DNA of 64,000 nucleotides, taken from NCBI GenBank assembly GCA_036677065.1, contig JAKFBS010000002.1, positions 640,001 to 704,000 of the forward strand, in the 5' to 3' direction. The position numbers and the translations under genes are program-made. Positions 29,801 to 38,370 of this stretch are shown here, piece by piece. This DNA is from Bdellovibrio sp. GTDB taxonomy: Bacteria; Bdellovibrionota; Bdellovibrionia; Bdellovibrionales; Bdellovibrionaceae. Numbering within the stretch: position 1 is the stretch's first letter; each line of letters opens with the position of its first letter. The notes beneath the pieces were generated by a model, which was not told the origin of the DNA, ran no database searches, and worked only from the letters and a program-made list of their open reading frames with translations.

Positions 29801-30723
29801 ACTACATTCATCCACCGGTCACTGTTGATCCGACTAATGGTGAAGTTTTTGATTTTTCACCTGAAACCAATCGCTCAGTGATGAAATTAATCCGCTCTGG
29901 CAATCCAAGCGATGCCGGCCGCTGGCTGCGTATTTTAGGTGGCGGTAGTGCGGCTACACCGTATCTTAATACTAAAGGTACAAGCTCTTGCGATGGCAAA
30001 ATGAACACCCAATGTCGCGGTGATTCTAATGGTGCCAACTTTATCTTAGGCTACGTTCCGGCTAAAAACATTATCGTTAACGGTAATCCCGAAGTGCGCC
30101 CGGCGCAAATCATCACGCAATATAGCCGAGCGTTTAGCAATATCTGGCAACAAAATTATCTAAAACTTGTAAACACAGATACAGGCCAGCAAACCCATGT
30201 CATGGGAAACAACGATCTAGCTTCTTCTTGGGATGCCCTGCACTTCCCGAATACTTTCTCGCCTGTATCGGTCGCCGCGACTAATAATATTGATATATTA
30301 TATAACGCTGCACGAATCATCTATGATGAAAATAGAGATGCTTTACTAGTCACCCGCTACGGCGGGACTATGATCGGCGCGATTAGCTTTAAATCTAACT
30401 CCAATGAACAAATCACCGAAGCTGATAAATACTTCAACATCACCGCCGTCGGAAATGGAACCATTCTATCTTTCACGCACAATCTTCAAGAAGGTGCTGA
30501 CGTATTTTATTACTGCAACAATAGCGGTCGCCTATATCGTCGTGTTGTTACAGCAGGTTTTTCTTCTGAAATTATTTTACCTTTACCAACCGGCATGACT
30601 TGTTTTGGTCGTACGCTCGAAAAAACTGTTGATGACAACAATGGCGTTATCAAACTTTATTTTCCGGCGGCTTTCAAAGGTCAATATATGATGGGAGAAT
30701 ACAGTGTATCGCTTGATCTTTAG
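26857..30723 (+). CDS. Large lipoprotein with Ig-like domains and beta-propeller (NHL/teneurin-like) region
   Basis: Lipobox LSGC; DSSAP and WIKDKAGN Ig-like motifs; repeated TIVG/TIAG/RILGG blades. Confidence 0.6.
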   Translation: MKNFKFYLLLFLLLSGCTGSILEEELLSNLSQKGAGGIELDEYIPPGIQFVENTTQGMQQEGFPYLRNNRTFNIKWIIKTCDPVNNPLDASCANLPTGTAENPDPGFYITRLEYTSGTTYVQIPGATSLGGYNDQIQSFSWSIPISLTDEGADFRFRLITRNAKLEDFFATSSSFIMDSSAPVIQTGSLTFNGSADTPLNLKSPGVNIDFNADDNYSPVESFCLKDSAAIPTADHACWLKITSLGLTESKNLQVKNLKRVLGWIGGSFTFYFWIKDKAGNYSRLTNDVGDETIDRRTISYAPGRSIAFLKNIAANDDSVTDNPALDKTVINASAPTVFIKWSYTIDQNTTLDSVEPYKIEYSTDGSTFQNITGVSETALLDSEISNDVNVNCQTVPSQDPASIDSCYAWTVPASLHNIPFYIRVHVRDSAGFVYSISTNPFNLSTSTSLDGKVQGLRFAAGLSDSLIGASALNTKFDIDTAYSRTGGKLVVHEDGRMFVLDNSAGIIEISQFDGRARLYIKKSTASVDGYAVDSPDLLAGRTEAVTSNIIKISLDYKGRLIIMENNRIRQVTDERDAQGNLTGVRYVKTIVGCLQTPTSNCYYNNTYKNTAYNAKVPIQYWQNAWINADEFTFPGPVNDWNRQFRHFTALPNGDIYFSVNADYTQISTALASSANSWRALDFRIYRPDADPTKPGKLLPLKLTGYGVLGEPFKPISELYPQSMGGLTFNPITGNPTTLAMFWDYCPPNTTAQCEYFTSNHNPKTGQSNGTGTHYYSYTMSIKNSLAKGYVDSHTFRYFTSRRGELYAYNTNQFEKVLGKLNTSTNKFERILGGIGYDGYCADGTLAIACPNYIRDAWVTQDNTVFFIDGQQIRMIGADGRVVTLFGRKPADRSGLEATLSTLGRFENFGKWYDTNTSTEKFVLREYDSILVREFSMDKKIETIAGNETTNWGLTWKAAASKPGYFVSTKLANAEMGAWTQAHYIHPPVTVDPTNGEVFDFSPETNRSVMKLIRSGNPSDAGRWLRILGGGSAATPYLNTKGTSSCDGKMNTQCRGDSNGANFILGYVPAKNIIVNGNPEVRPAQIITQYSRAFSNIWQQNYLKLVNTDTGQQTHVMGNNDLASSWDALHFPNTFSPVSVAATNNIDILYNAARIIYDENRDALLVTRYGGTMIGAISFKSNSNEQITEADKYFNITAVGNGTILSFTHNLQEGADVFYYCNNSGRLYRRVVTAGFSSEIILPLPTGMTCFGRTLEKTVDDNNGVIKLYFPAAFKGQYMMGEYSVSLDL

Positions 30724-32914
30724 AGCGCTCCTGCTCGTATTAATTTTTACTTCTTGTTCTGGCTCAATGGAAGATCTTTCAAGCCTTGAAGCTTCAAAAG
30801 GTTTTATCACTGACGGAGAAAACGTCGAAACACCTCCGGCGGTAGATCCTGGATTGGAAACTGATCCCGGCAACGCCGGCTCTGTTCCTAGTGACGGCTC
30901 TGGTGATGGTTCAAACGTTGGCGATGGCGATGGCAACTCTTTACCGCCGGCAGCACCGGTGATTGAAATTTTAAACGTAAATTCAAATTACTTTCGCGGT
31001 GGAGTAACTCAAGATCTGATTTTTCGTGTCACTTCACGCGTGGGTTCTGTAAGTTTAGTTGAATATGTTGTGGCCTGCCCTACACCAACTGCGGTTCCTG
31101 AATTTAGTATCTTAACTGGTGGAACTTCAAATACGACATCAGCTGTCACTATTCAATCAGGCGTGGTCTCAGTCGGCGCCGGCGAAGACACGACAGTTTC
31201 CTGGGCGACGCCGAATTTAGCCGGTGTGCGCTGCCGAAAAATCGATAATTCTTTCGAACAAGCTGATAACCGTTTTAAAATTCGCATCACCAGCGTCGGT
31301 GAATCAAACTTATCAAGCTCAGCAGAAAGCCAGGAATTTCAAATCGATTCTGAAGCGCCGATCTTAGCTTCAAGTGGTCTTACATGCATTGGTGGTAACT
31401 GCGTTATCGGTGGAGTTTCTAACTTACAAGTTTCAGGAGTTTACGATTTAGTAACACCGGTTGCTGATATCTGTTTAAAAATGGATGATGCAACGACTCC
31501 TGATGTAAATGATGTTTGCTGGACACCGCTTTCAAGTTTAGGTATTGCCGTGCCAACACTTACACCGGCGAATTTTGCATTTAATTATTTCTTAGGTTTT
31601 TTACCTTTCACGATGACAGGCTATTTCTGGACAAAAGATTCTGCCGGAAATATTTCTGAGCTGTCTTCAGCTGGTACTGGCACAGCGGCCCGCGATAGTT
31701 TAAGTATTACAACCAGTGGTACAACCCGCTTTGTAAATGATTACGCAGCCCTTTCAGCATCATCAACGGGCCTTTATCATCATGCGGCTGCCGGCGAATT
31801 TTTAACGATGCCAAGCGCCAGTGTTTCAGGAATAAAAACTTATCTTGAATCATCGGCTAACTTTAGTTTAACGGTTCCAGCTCATGATAGTTTAAACTTA
31901 GCACCCAATGGTGAAATATTTGCTAAATCCGAAGACGGCGTTTATCGCTTCGATACAAAAATTTTAGATGATGCCCCAGGGTCTACTATTAAATCTTCGT
32001 TTATTCTAAACACAGGAACTTTCGCAGAAGGCGCTTTAGGTGCTGCGACTTTTAACCATGTTAAACGCCATGCCATTGATGCCAAAGGTGTACACTGGTT
32101 TTTAGATGACGGAAAAATTTCTTACTACGATCCAAGCTCTGCGACCCCACAACTGACTTATGTTGCTGGTGGTGGTACTAGCGAAACAACTGATGTGATT
32201 GATGATCCAAAAGAATTAAAAATAAATGATAGTTTAAATATTGATGCCTATGGTGTATTTACAGTTTTACCAAATCAATGGGTGGTGTTCTCGTCAGATG
32301 ACCCAACTCTTCCGGTCAGCGCCGGTGTGCCTGCAAATCGTTTTAAACTGCGTGTGTACAAGCACAGCAGTGATCCAAGTAAACGCAGCGTATCTACGGT
32401 ATTTATCAGCGGCAGCACCGCTCAAGGGTCAACCGATGCTTTGGTTCCGTATTCACGTTTAGCTATTAGCTTTGATCCGATTCGTAATAACATTGCCAAT
32501 ATCACCGGGCGTTTTTGCGCGACCAGTTTTGTTGATGGAATTACAGATCACTGTGATAGCGCTAAATTAATTAAGTTTTATGTCAGTACCAACACTAGCC
32601 CTGAATATATGGGCTCAGTAAATCGTGATAGTTTTCTATCATTTCAATACGGAAAAGATACGCTATTTATGATGGATTCAACAAAAGGCACAATTTCAAA
32701 ATATGATTCAAGCTCATTTCAAAAAATTGCCGGCGGCAATAGTCTCGGAACCGATTATTGTACTAACTTTACGCCTTCAACAAGCTGTCAGTTACGTGTG
32801 CGTGATTTTAAACCGATCATGAATGGAAACGATCAAGTGCTGATTATGGATCAAAACTATTTACGAATTATTGAACTGGGACAAGTATTTAGTATTTTCT
32901 CGGCTGCGCCTTAG
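30704..32914 (+). CDS. Lipoprotein with Ig-like and propeller-like regions, shorter paralog of 26857
   Basis: Lipobox TSC; IDSEAP, ICLK..P...CW, WTKDSAGNIS, KIAGG...YC shared with 26857. Confidence 0.6.
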   Translation: MYRLIFRALLLVLIFTSCSGSMEDLSSLEASKGFITDGENVETPPAVDPGLETDPGNAGSVPSDGSGDGSNVGDGDGNSLPPAAPVIEILNVNSNYFRGGVTQDLIFRVTSRVGSVSLVEYVVACPTPTAVPEFSILTGGTSNTTSAVTIQSGVVSVGAGEDTTVSWATPNLAGVRCRKIDNSFEQADNRFKIRITSVGESNLSSSAESQEFQIDSEAPILASSGLTCIGGNCVIGGVSNLQVSGVYDLVTPVADICLKMDDATTPDVNDVCWTPLSSLGIAVPTLTPANFAFNYFLGFLPFTMTGYFWTKDSAGNISELSSAGTGTAARDSLSITTSGTTRFVNDYAALSASSTGLYHHAAAGEFLTMPSASVSGIKTYLESSANFSLTVPAHDSLNLAPNGEIFAKSEDGVYRFDTKILDDAPGSTIKSSFILNTGTFAEGALGAATFNHVKRHAIDAKGVHWFLDDGKISYYDPSSATPQLTYVAGGGTSETTDVIDDPKELKINDSLNIDAYGVFTVLPNQWVVFSSDDPTLPVSAGVPANRFKLRVYKHSSDPSKRSVSTVFISGSTAQGSTDALVPYSRLAISFDPIRNNIANITGRFCATSFVDGITDHCDSAKLIKFYVSTNTSPEYMGSVNRDSFLSFQYGKDTLFMMDSTKGTISKYDSSSFQKIAGGNSLGTDYCTNFTPSTSCQLRVRDFKPIMNGNDQVLIMDQNYLRIIELGQVFSIFSAAP

Positions 32915-34290
32915 AAATCGAGAAGAAGACCAAATTTAGTTAAACCAAATTTACGGCTACTGCCTGCAGCGGTAGCCAGTTGCATATCTTGTGTTTCAAA
33001 AAGACCACCGATAACATATTCAGTTTTACCCACTGTCATTTTATATTTGTAGTTTAAACCAATTTTCATGTGTGATTTTACAACTTTTGAACCTAACGAG
33101 GCCATTTCAAATTTTGCAATAACCGTGCTTTTCGGATTCACCGTGTAAATGGCGTCGGCTCCGAAAGCAAATTGTGAAGATTGAAACTTAGTGCTTGATA
33201 GGTCTTGTTTAACATCGAAGTTTCTATGCCCCGTCCATACACCGTAATTAAAAGCCGCTTTGTTATTTGAATAATAACCAAAGGTCATTTTTGAATCACG
33301 AGAACTCACGACCGCCGGATCTTCACCGGTCGAAAAGCTATTATAAAAACCAAAGCCCACCTTGAAAGAAGTCCAAACAAAGTCTGTTAATCCAGAAAAT
33401 TCGTAGAAAAAACTTGAAGAAGAATAGCTTGCAGATTCACTGGCTAAGGCCGCTGATGCCATACCAAAATAAACTGTTTTATCAAATCCAATCGATAAGG
33501 CCGCTGCTTTTTCTTCTAACTTTTTAACAAAGACTGCAAAAGTTAAAGTTTGATCTTGGTGTTTAAAACGAAAAGCGCCCGAAGCCTGCCCTTTTAAATT
33601 TCCGGTGGGAATCTCAAAAGTGCGGTAACGCTCACCTTTTCCAGAAACTTCAACGATGTTGGCACTATTCCAACGGGCTTCTTGCGGAAGAGAAATAGTC
33701 ACTAAACCTGGCGACACTGAAAAATTACAGTTAATCCCCATTGGAAAAGTCACCGGAAGATTTTTAACTTCTTTTAATTTAAAAAGTTCTTCTGGGCAGT
33801 TGCGGCTCATGAGAACCTTTTGTTCAGGCTTCCATTCAATTTCATAAAGCACTTGGCCCGCGTCATCTTGAATAAAAGTTTTACCAGCGCCCGTTACAAT
33901 TCTGATTTCATCAGCCATCACCGCAGAGTCTAATAGATCTTCAGCGATCACAGGTGTTGCCGCGGCTGCAGTTTCGGCTTTTGCAGTGCCTGATTGTTCA
34001 GGCGACGGTGCCGTTGTCAAAATGTACTTATTCATAAATGAAAAATCTGTTGCCGCAGAATCTGCACCTTTGGTTCTATATTTTTTAGGTAAGATAAAAC
34101 CTTTTTTCAAAACAACTTCAACGCCGTAAACGATATTCACCTGATCAAGTTTTACAAAGCCTTCTTTGGCAGAAAATAATACGGGATTGGCCGTTGAGTT
34201 ATTTTTGACATCTTTAATTATGACTTCAGCAAAAGCAAATGATGAAAAGACCAATGAAAATAGAAGAGTTTTGATTTGACCTAGATGCAT
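32911..34290 (-). CDS. Predicted outer-membrane beta-barrel protein
   Basis: Signal AFA-E; amphipathic strands in C-terminal half; terminal GLLLDF. Confidence 0.6.
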   Translation of the reverse strand: MHLGQIKTLLFSLVFSSFAFAEVIIKDVKNNSTANPVLFSAKEGFVKLDQVNIVYGVEVVLKKGFILPKKYRTKGADSAATDFSFMNKYILTTAPSPEQSGTAKAETAAAATPVIAEDLLDSAVMADEIRIVTGAGKTFIQDDAGQVLYEIEWKPEQKVLMSRNCPEELFKLKEVKNLPVTFPMGINCNFSVSPGLVTISLPQEARWNSANIVEVSGKGERYRTFEIPTGNLKGQASGAFRFKHQDQTLTFAVFVKKLEEKAAALSIGFDKTVYFGMASAALASESASYSSSSFFYEFSGLTDFVWTSFKVGFGFYNSFSTGEDPAVVSSRDSKMTFGYYSNNKAAFNYGVWTGHRNFDVKQDLSSTKFQSSQFAFGADAIYTVNPKSTVIAKFEMASLGSKVVKSHMKIGLNYKYKMTVGKTEYVIGGLFETQDMQLATAAGSSRKFGLTKFGLLLDF

Positions 34291-34304
34291 GCCTTAATAG
34301 GTTA

Positions 34305-34976
34305 TTAATCTGCGTTATCTAATGCAATGTTTTTCTTGCTGCCGCGATAAGCGAGTACAAACATGACTACAAGAATAATAAAACCTATCGTAACTAGACC
34401 ACCACCGGTATCGTGGGGTTGTTCTGAGGCCGGAGCCCGCTCAGCAATAACAAGCGTACCCTCTGTGGTTTTTTCGTTCGCCATAGCCAGCTGTTGATCT
34501 AAAGAGTTCTTCTGCCCTTGGCCTTTGGCACTGCTGGTTTCTGCAAATGATTTTTTAGCATGATAGACTTTAACCTGTACCGAAGTGTTGGTTGCAAAGT
34601 CTGACACTTGGAACCGATTTAAAGCTAAGACTTCAATCCATGCATTCGAATACCCAATATGTTCATCTAAGGTGGTTTTAAAATCGGCTTTTGTTAAAGT
34701 CACTAATTGATAAGGACAGCGCTCTAATTCGTGGTTATTTAAAACTTTTTCTTTATGTTCATCTGCACGCGGCAAACTAGAGTTAAAATAAACAAATTGT
34801 CCTGGCGCAAGCCCGCGCGCCACACCGGCGTCGATTTTTTCAACATCTGCCGTTTTACCGCCCAAACGTTTTACAGTTTTACGAATACCAGAAAGTGTAT
34901 CGCCGGGTTTTACGATGTAAACCGCATTGACTGTGATTCCACTTTTAGTAAAAGTTTGCGTTTGGTACTGCTTCAT
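34305..34976 (-). CDS. LysM-domain protein with C-terminal TM
   Basis: YIVKPGDTLSGI; C-terminal hydrophobic helix plus basic tail; no signal peptide. Confidence 0.65.
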   Translation of the reverse strand: MKQYQTQTFTKSGITVNAVYIVKPGDTLSGIRKTVKRLGGKTADVEKIDAGVARGLAPGQFVYFNSSLPRADEHKEKVLNNHELERCPYQLVTLTKADFKTTLDEHIGYSNAWIEVLALNRFQVSDFATNTSVQVKVYHAKKSFAETSSAKGQGQKNSLDQQLAMANEKTTEGTLVIAERAPASEQPHDTGGGLVTIGFIILVVMFVLAYRGSKKNIALDNAD

Positions 34977-35792
34977 TTAATTAAAATTCTTCAAATTAAT
35001 TTTTTTAGTTTTTGCACGATTGTCATCGTCATCTTTTAATAATATTTTTTCGATTAATTTTTCCTGGCCATTAACTACGATAAAAAGTGAAACTTCATTC
35101 GCCGATTCATCGCCACGACTGTTATACAAAGAAATGTCAAAACTGTATTCACCGTCTTTAGGCGCAGTTGTTTTAAACATTTCAACACCTGGTCCACGAT
35201 CAGAATCATTCACGAATTCATCAGGATCGGTATCAGATAATTTGCGGTTTTTAAAATTAAGCTCTTGGCCTAATGGAGTCGTCACTTTTAAATCGACGTC
35301 ATGGCTTCGGTTAGCCCATTTCACAAATACAATCACACTTGTTGCATCAGCTGGAATAGCCTTGGTTGAGGCCACACCACGCATGGATTCTTGCATTTTT
35401 GCTTGAGTCGTTTTTGAAAATTGGGCGATTTTAACTATAGCTAAATCTTTTGTGCTTAATTCATCTTTAGCTTGTGATAATTGTGAGCGCAATTTATTTA
35501 CATCTGAATTTAATGCGGCAATAATTTTCTTTAACTCTTCAGTGTCTGCGTTAGCGACCATATTATCTATAGCAGAAGATTGTTCAACCGAACTTGATTG
35601 AAAACCTTTTTCTGACATTTTTTTAAGTTCTTTCTCAACTGCATCAGCGACACTTTTATTCTTTAACGCGAAAGAATATAGCATTACGAACAGACCAAAC
35701 AATAAGGTCATCATATCCGCATAACTGACAAGCCATTTTTCATCAACGTGGGGAACGCCGTGAGAATCGCTATGACGTTTTTTACGACGCAC
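34977..35792 (-). CDS. MotB-like protein: MotB TM, coiled coil and YfaP/DUF2135-like domain (no OmpA domain)
   Basis: WLVSYADMMTLLFGLFVMLYS with conserved Asp; C-terminal W...DVDLKVTTP.G...D...GPGVE...GEY. Confidence 0.75.
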   Translation of the reverse strand: MRRKKRHSDSHGVPHVDEKWLVSYADMMTLLFGLFVMLYSFALKNKSVADAVEKELKKMSEKGFQSSSVEQSSAIDNMVANADTEELKKIIAALNSDVNKLRSQLSQAKDELSTKDLAIVKIAQFSKTTQAKMQESMRGVASTKAIPADATSVIVFVKWANRSHDVDLKVTTPLGQELNFKNRKLSDTDPDEFVNDSDRGPGVEMFKTTAPKDGEYSFDISLYNSRGDESANEVSLFIVVNGQEKLIEKILLKDDDDNRAKTKKINLKNFN

Positions 35793-36645
35793 TCGCTACC
35801 TCATCTTTTGGCGGCTCCTCCACCGGAATTGAAGGTTGCTCATAATTGGCAATGAATTTACCTAATGATTTTCGAACGGCCATTTGTTCATTGATATCTA
35901 AACCAAAAGTAATGACCTCAGTTAAGCTTTCAAATGACACGCCTTCTTTTTCTTTCACGATCGCTTCAGCGATAACTTCACGGATGTGATTATCATCTTC
36001 AGCTAATTGAAACGCGTAATCGGCCAATGGTAAAAACACGAAATTGGCTAAACCGATTCCCCAGAAGGTGGCTGTTAGCGCCACCGCCATGGCTTTACCC
36101 ATCGCTTCAGGACCGCCCGATCCTAAGTTAGTCATCATTTGAATCATACCCGTTGAAGCTCCAAGAAGACCTAAAGCCGGTGGATATTTAGAAATATTAA
36201 GTAAAACTTTTGCGTAAGCCTGGTAACGGATTTTAAAGTTCTGTACGCGCATGGCCATGGCTTCATAAACTTCATCTGGCTTCATGTGTGGTTCACGTAA
36301 TAACAATAAACCATCTAATACGAACATGTGATTATATTTACGTTTTTTAGCATCAAAAAATGGGGATTTATTTTGATACAAGGATGTTAATAACTCATAA
36401 ACCACTTCGATATCGTATGAACTCTTTTTTAAGAAGAATCCGTAGATCAAAAAGTCGATAAGTTCTGAAACCATCTTAAATGAGTATGACAACAGTGTAA
36501 TCGCGATGGTTCCGCCAAATACTAAGGCTAAGGCATGCGTATTCGCAAAAATCGATAGATCCGCAAATCCACTGAAAACCCCGACATACATCACAAAGCC
36601 GAGAGCAATAAGTCCAAACCATATTGATCTAATTTTCATAACCAT
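35782..36645 (-). CDS. MotA/PomA-like proton-channel subunit
   Basis: LVFGGTI, PPALGLLGASTGMIQMMTNL, MAVALTATFWGIGLANFVFLPLA. Confidence 0.85.
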   Translation of the reverse strand: MVMKIRSIWFGLIALGFVMYVGVFSGFADLSIFANTHALALVFGGTIAITLLSYSFKMVSELIDFLIYGFFLKKSSYDIEVVYELLTSLYQNKSPFFDAKKRKYNHMFVLDGLLLLREPHMKPDEVYEAMAMRVQNFKIRYQAYAKVLLNISKYPPALGLLGASTGMIQMMTNLGSGGPEAMGKAMAVALTATFWGIGLANFVFLPLADYAFQLAEDDNHIREVIAEAIVKEKEGVSFESLTEVITFGLDINEQMAVRKSLGKFIANYEQPSIPVEEPPKDEVASAS

Positions 36646-36651
36646 TCCCCT

Positions 36652-38370
36652 TTAATTAGCCACACTAATAATTTCGCGCGTGCGATGTGTTAAGCGAACC
36701 ACATCCCCATTCATATTCAGCAAACGAATTTGCTGAAACGCGCTTTGATTGTTTAAGTTCGTAAATTTAAATTCTGAAGTAAAATTGAAATACTGAGAGG
36801 CACTTTCAGCCAATTCTTTAGTAACAACGATGTTTTGTTCAAGCACTGTGTGTAAATGTGCAGCCTTTTGCACTTCTGAAAAAGGCTTACCAAAATATAA
36901 CATTTCACCTGTTTGTGGACTCATGTGTATGACAGCACTACCTTTAGCAGCACAAAGCATAAATGATTTAAACACGCCACCGTCATTCATCTTATGTTTT
37001 AGAAAACTTTCAATATCTAATAGTGAATTCAATCCGCGCAGATTGATTTGCATATTTTCATCAAACAACCCCCACGCCAAAGTCATTGAACCGTTTAGCT
37101 GAGAAATCACAACGCCATTTGTTTTTGCGATAATTTCTTCTAAGTTTTTACGAATAAGGTCATACTCTTTAACCACAGCAGAACCTAGAGCAGATTCATC
37201 AACTAATAATTCTAATTGCACAGCTAAAACTTCAGATTCACTTAAATCAAGATTTACAGCTTTAAAGTTCAATTTATCAGCTAAATTTACCCGGCCAAAT
37301 TTTTGAATAACATTTCCCAGCTCAGAACTGCGCTCAACTGTCTCAAATGTGCTGCACACATGTTGTGATAATAGATCGAATTCATCTTTTAAGGTACTGT
37401 CAGAGATTGCCGGTTTTATTTCACGGCGCTGAGCATAGTCTTCAAGCTGTTGCATCAAGTGTTTTACTTTTTGAGAAGTAAATAAACCCATAAATGCAAG
37501 CAGCACCACCATCGCTGAAAATAGTATTCCCACAGCTTTAGAGAAATTAGATTTAATTAAATAAACTGACTGCCATAAATAACCTTCAGAAGCTTCACTT
37601 AGAACATAAAAGCCGCCGGCACTACGAATAACTGTGGCATAAAAATTTTCGGTCGTTAGTTTATCAAAATACTTATTTTGCAAAACGGCTTTATTACTTT
37701 TATTTAACTCGACCAACACTGGGTGCTCGTTGATATCACCTAAAAATTCATCGCCACTTTGGGCGATCATCCCGCCAACTGATTCGAACATAAACTGGTT
37801 ATAGCCCGTTAATGGCGTAAACAGAGCCTGAAAACGCTGCAAGTCTGCATAGACAACGACAACAGAATTTTGCTCTGCTAAGCGGCTAACTACGGCCAAA
37901 AGCTGGGTTTTTTTATCATTTGCTGTCAACTTTTGAATAAAGTATTTATTAAACTGTAAGCGGGAAAAATCTAAAGGATTAGCCCCTACTGTTTCTTTGA
38001 TAAAATCATTAGATAAACCACGGTTGGCGGTAAAATCTGTATTAGTAAAATTTGCCGAAACTTTGTATTTGCCGTCTTTAAAAGTAAATAGATCTACAGC
38101 CACAAGGTCAGCATCCAAACCTTCTGAACCGAAACTTTCTCTTTTAACAGAAAGTTTTTTAACTATTTCTAATGAAGCCAGTTGATAATATTTAATTTTA
38201 GCTTCGATCTCATTAACTTTTGTGGCCGTTGTTGTATGTAACTGCGTCAGCGCTTGAGTCACAATGTAGTCTTTTAAAATATCCTCGGTGCGCGACCAAG
38301 CGATTTTTGCAAAAACACCCACAACAAGAGCTAAGGCGACTAAATATTTAAACATAAGCTTCATGGTCAT
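36652..38370 (-). CDS. Membrane receptor: Cache-like, HAMP and degenerate class III cyclase domain
   Basis: Two TMs, DEFDLL (HAMP-like), IIAKTNGVVISQLNGSMTLAWG and YFGKPFSEV aligning with cyclase motifs but lacking catalytic residues. Confidence 0.55.
   Translation of the reverse strand: MTMKLMFKYLVALALVVGVFAKIAWSRTEDILKDYIVTQALTQLHTTTATKVNEIEAKIKYYQLASLEIVKKLSVKRESFGSEGLDADLVAVDLFTFKDGKYKVSANFTNTDFTANRGLSNDFIKETVGANPLDFSRLQFNKYFIQKLTANDKKTQLLAVVSRLAEQNSVVVVYADLQRFQALFTPLTGYNQFMFESVGGMIAQSGDEFLGDINEHPVLVELNKSNKAVLQNKYFDKLTTENFYATVIRSAGGFYVLSEASEGYLWQSVYLIKSNFSKAVGILFSAMVVLLAFMGLFTSQKVKHLMQQLEDYAQRREIKPAISDSTLKDEFDLLSQHVCSTFETVERSSELGNVIQKFGRVNLADKLNFKAVNLDLSESEVLAVQLELLVDESALGSAVVKEYDLIRKNLEEIIAKTNGVVISQLNGSMTLAWGLFDENMQINLRGLNSLLDIESFLKHKMNDGGVFKSFMLCAAKGSAVIHMSPQTGEMLYFGKPFSEVQKAAHLHTVLEQNIVVTKELAESASQYFNFTSEFKFTNLNNQSAFQQIRLLNMNGDVVRLTHRTREIISVAN

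Noticed and set aside
34977..36645. Zorya (ZorAB) defence system or flagellar stator
   Set aside because: No long ZorA tail, no OmpA-like domain, and no ZorC/D/E or flagellar genes nearby
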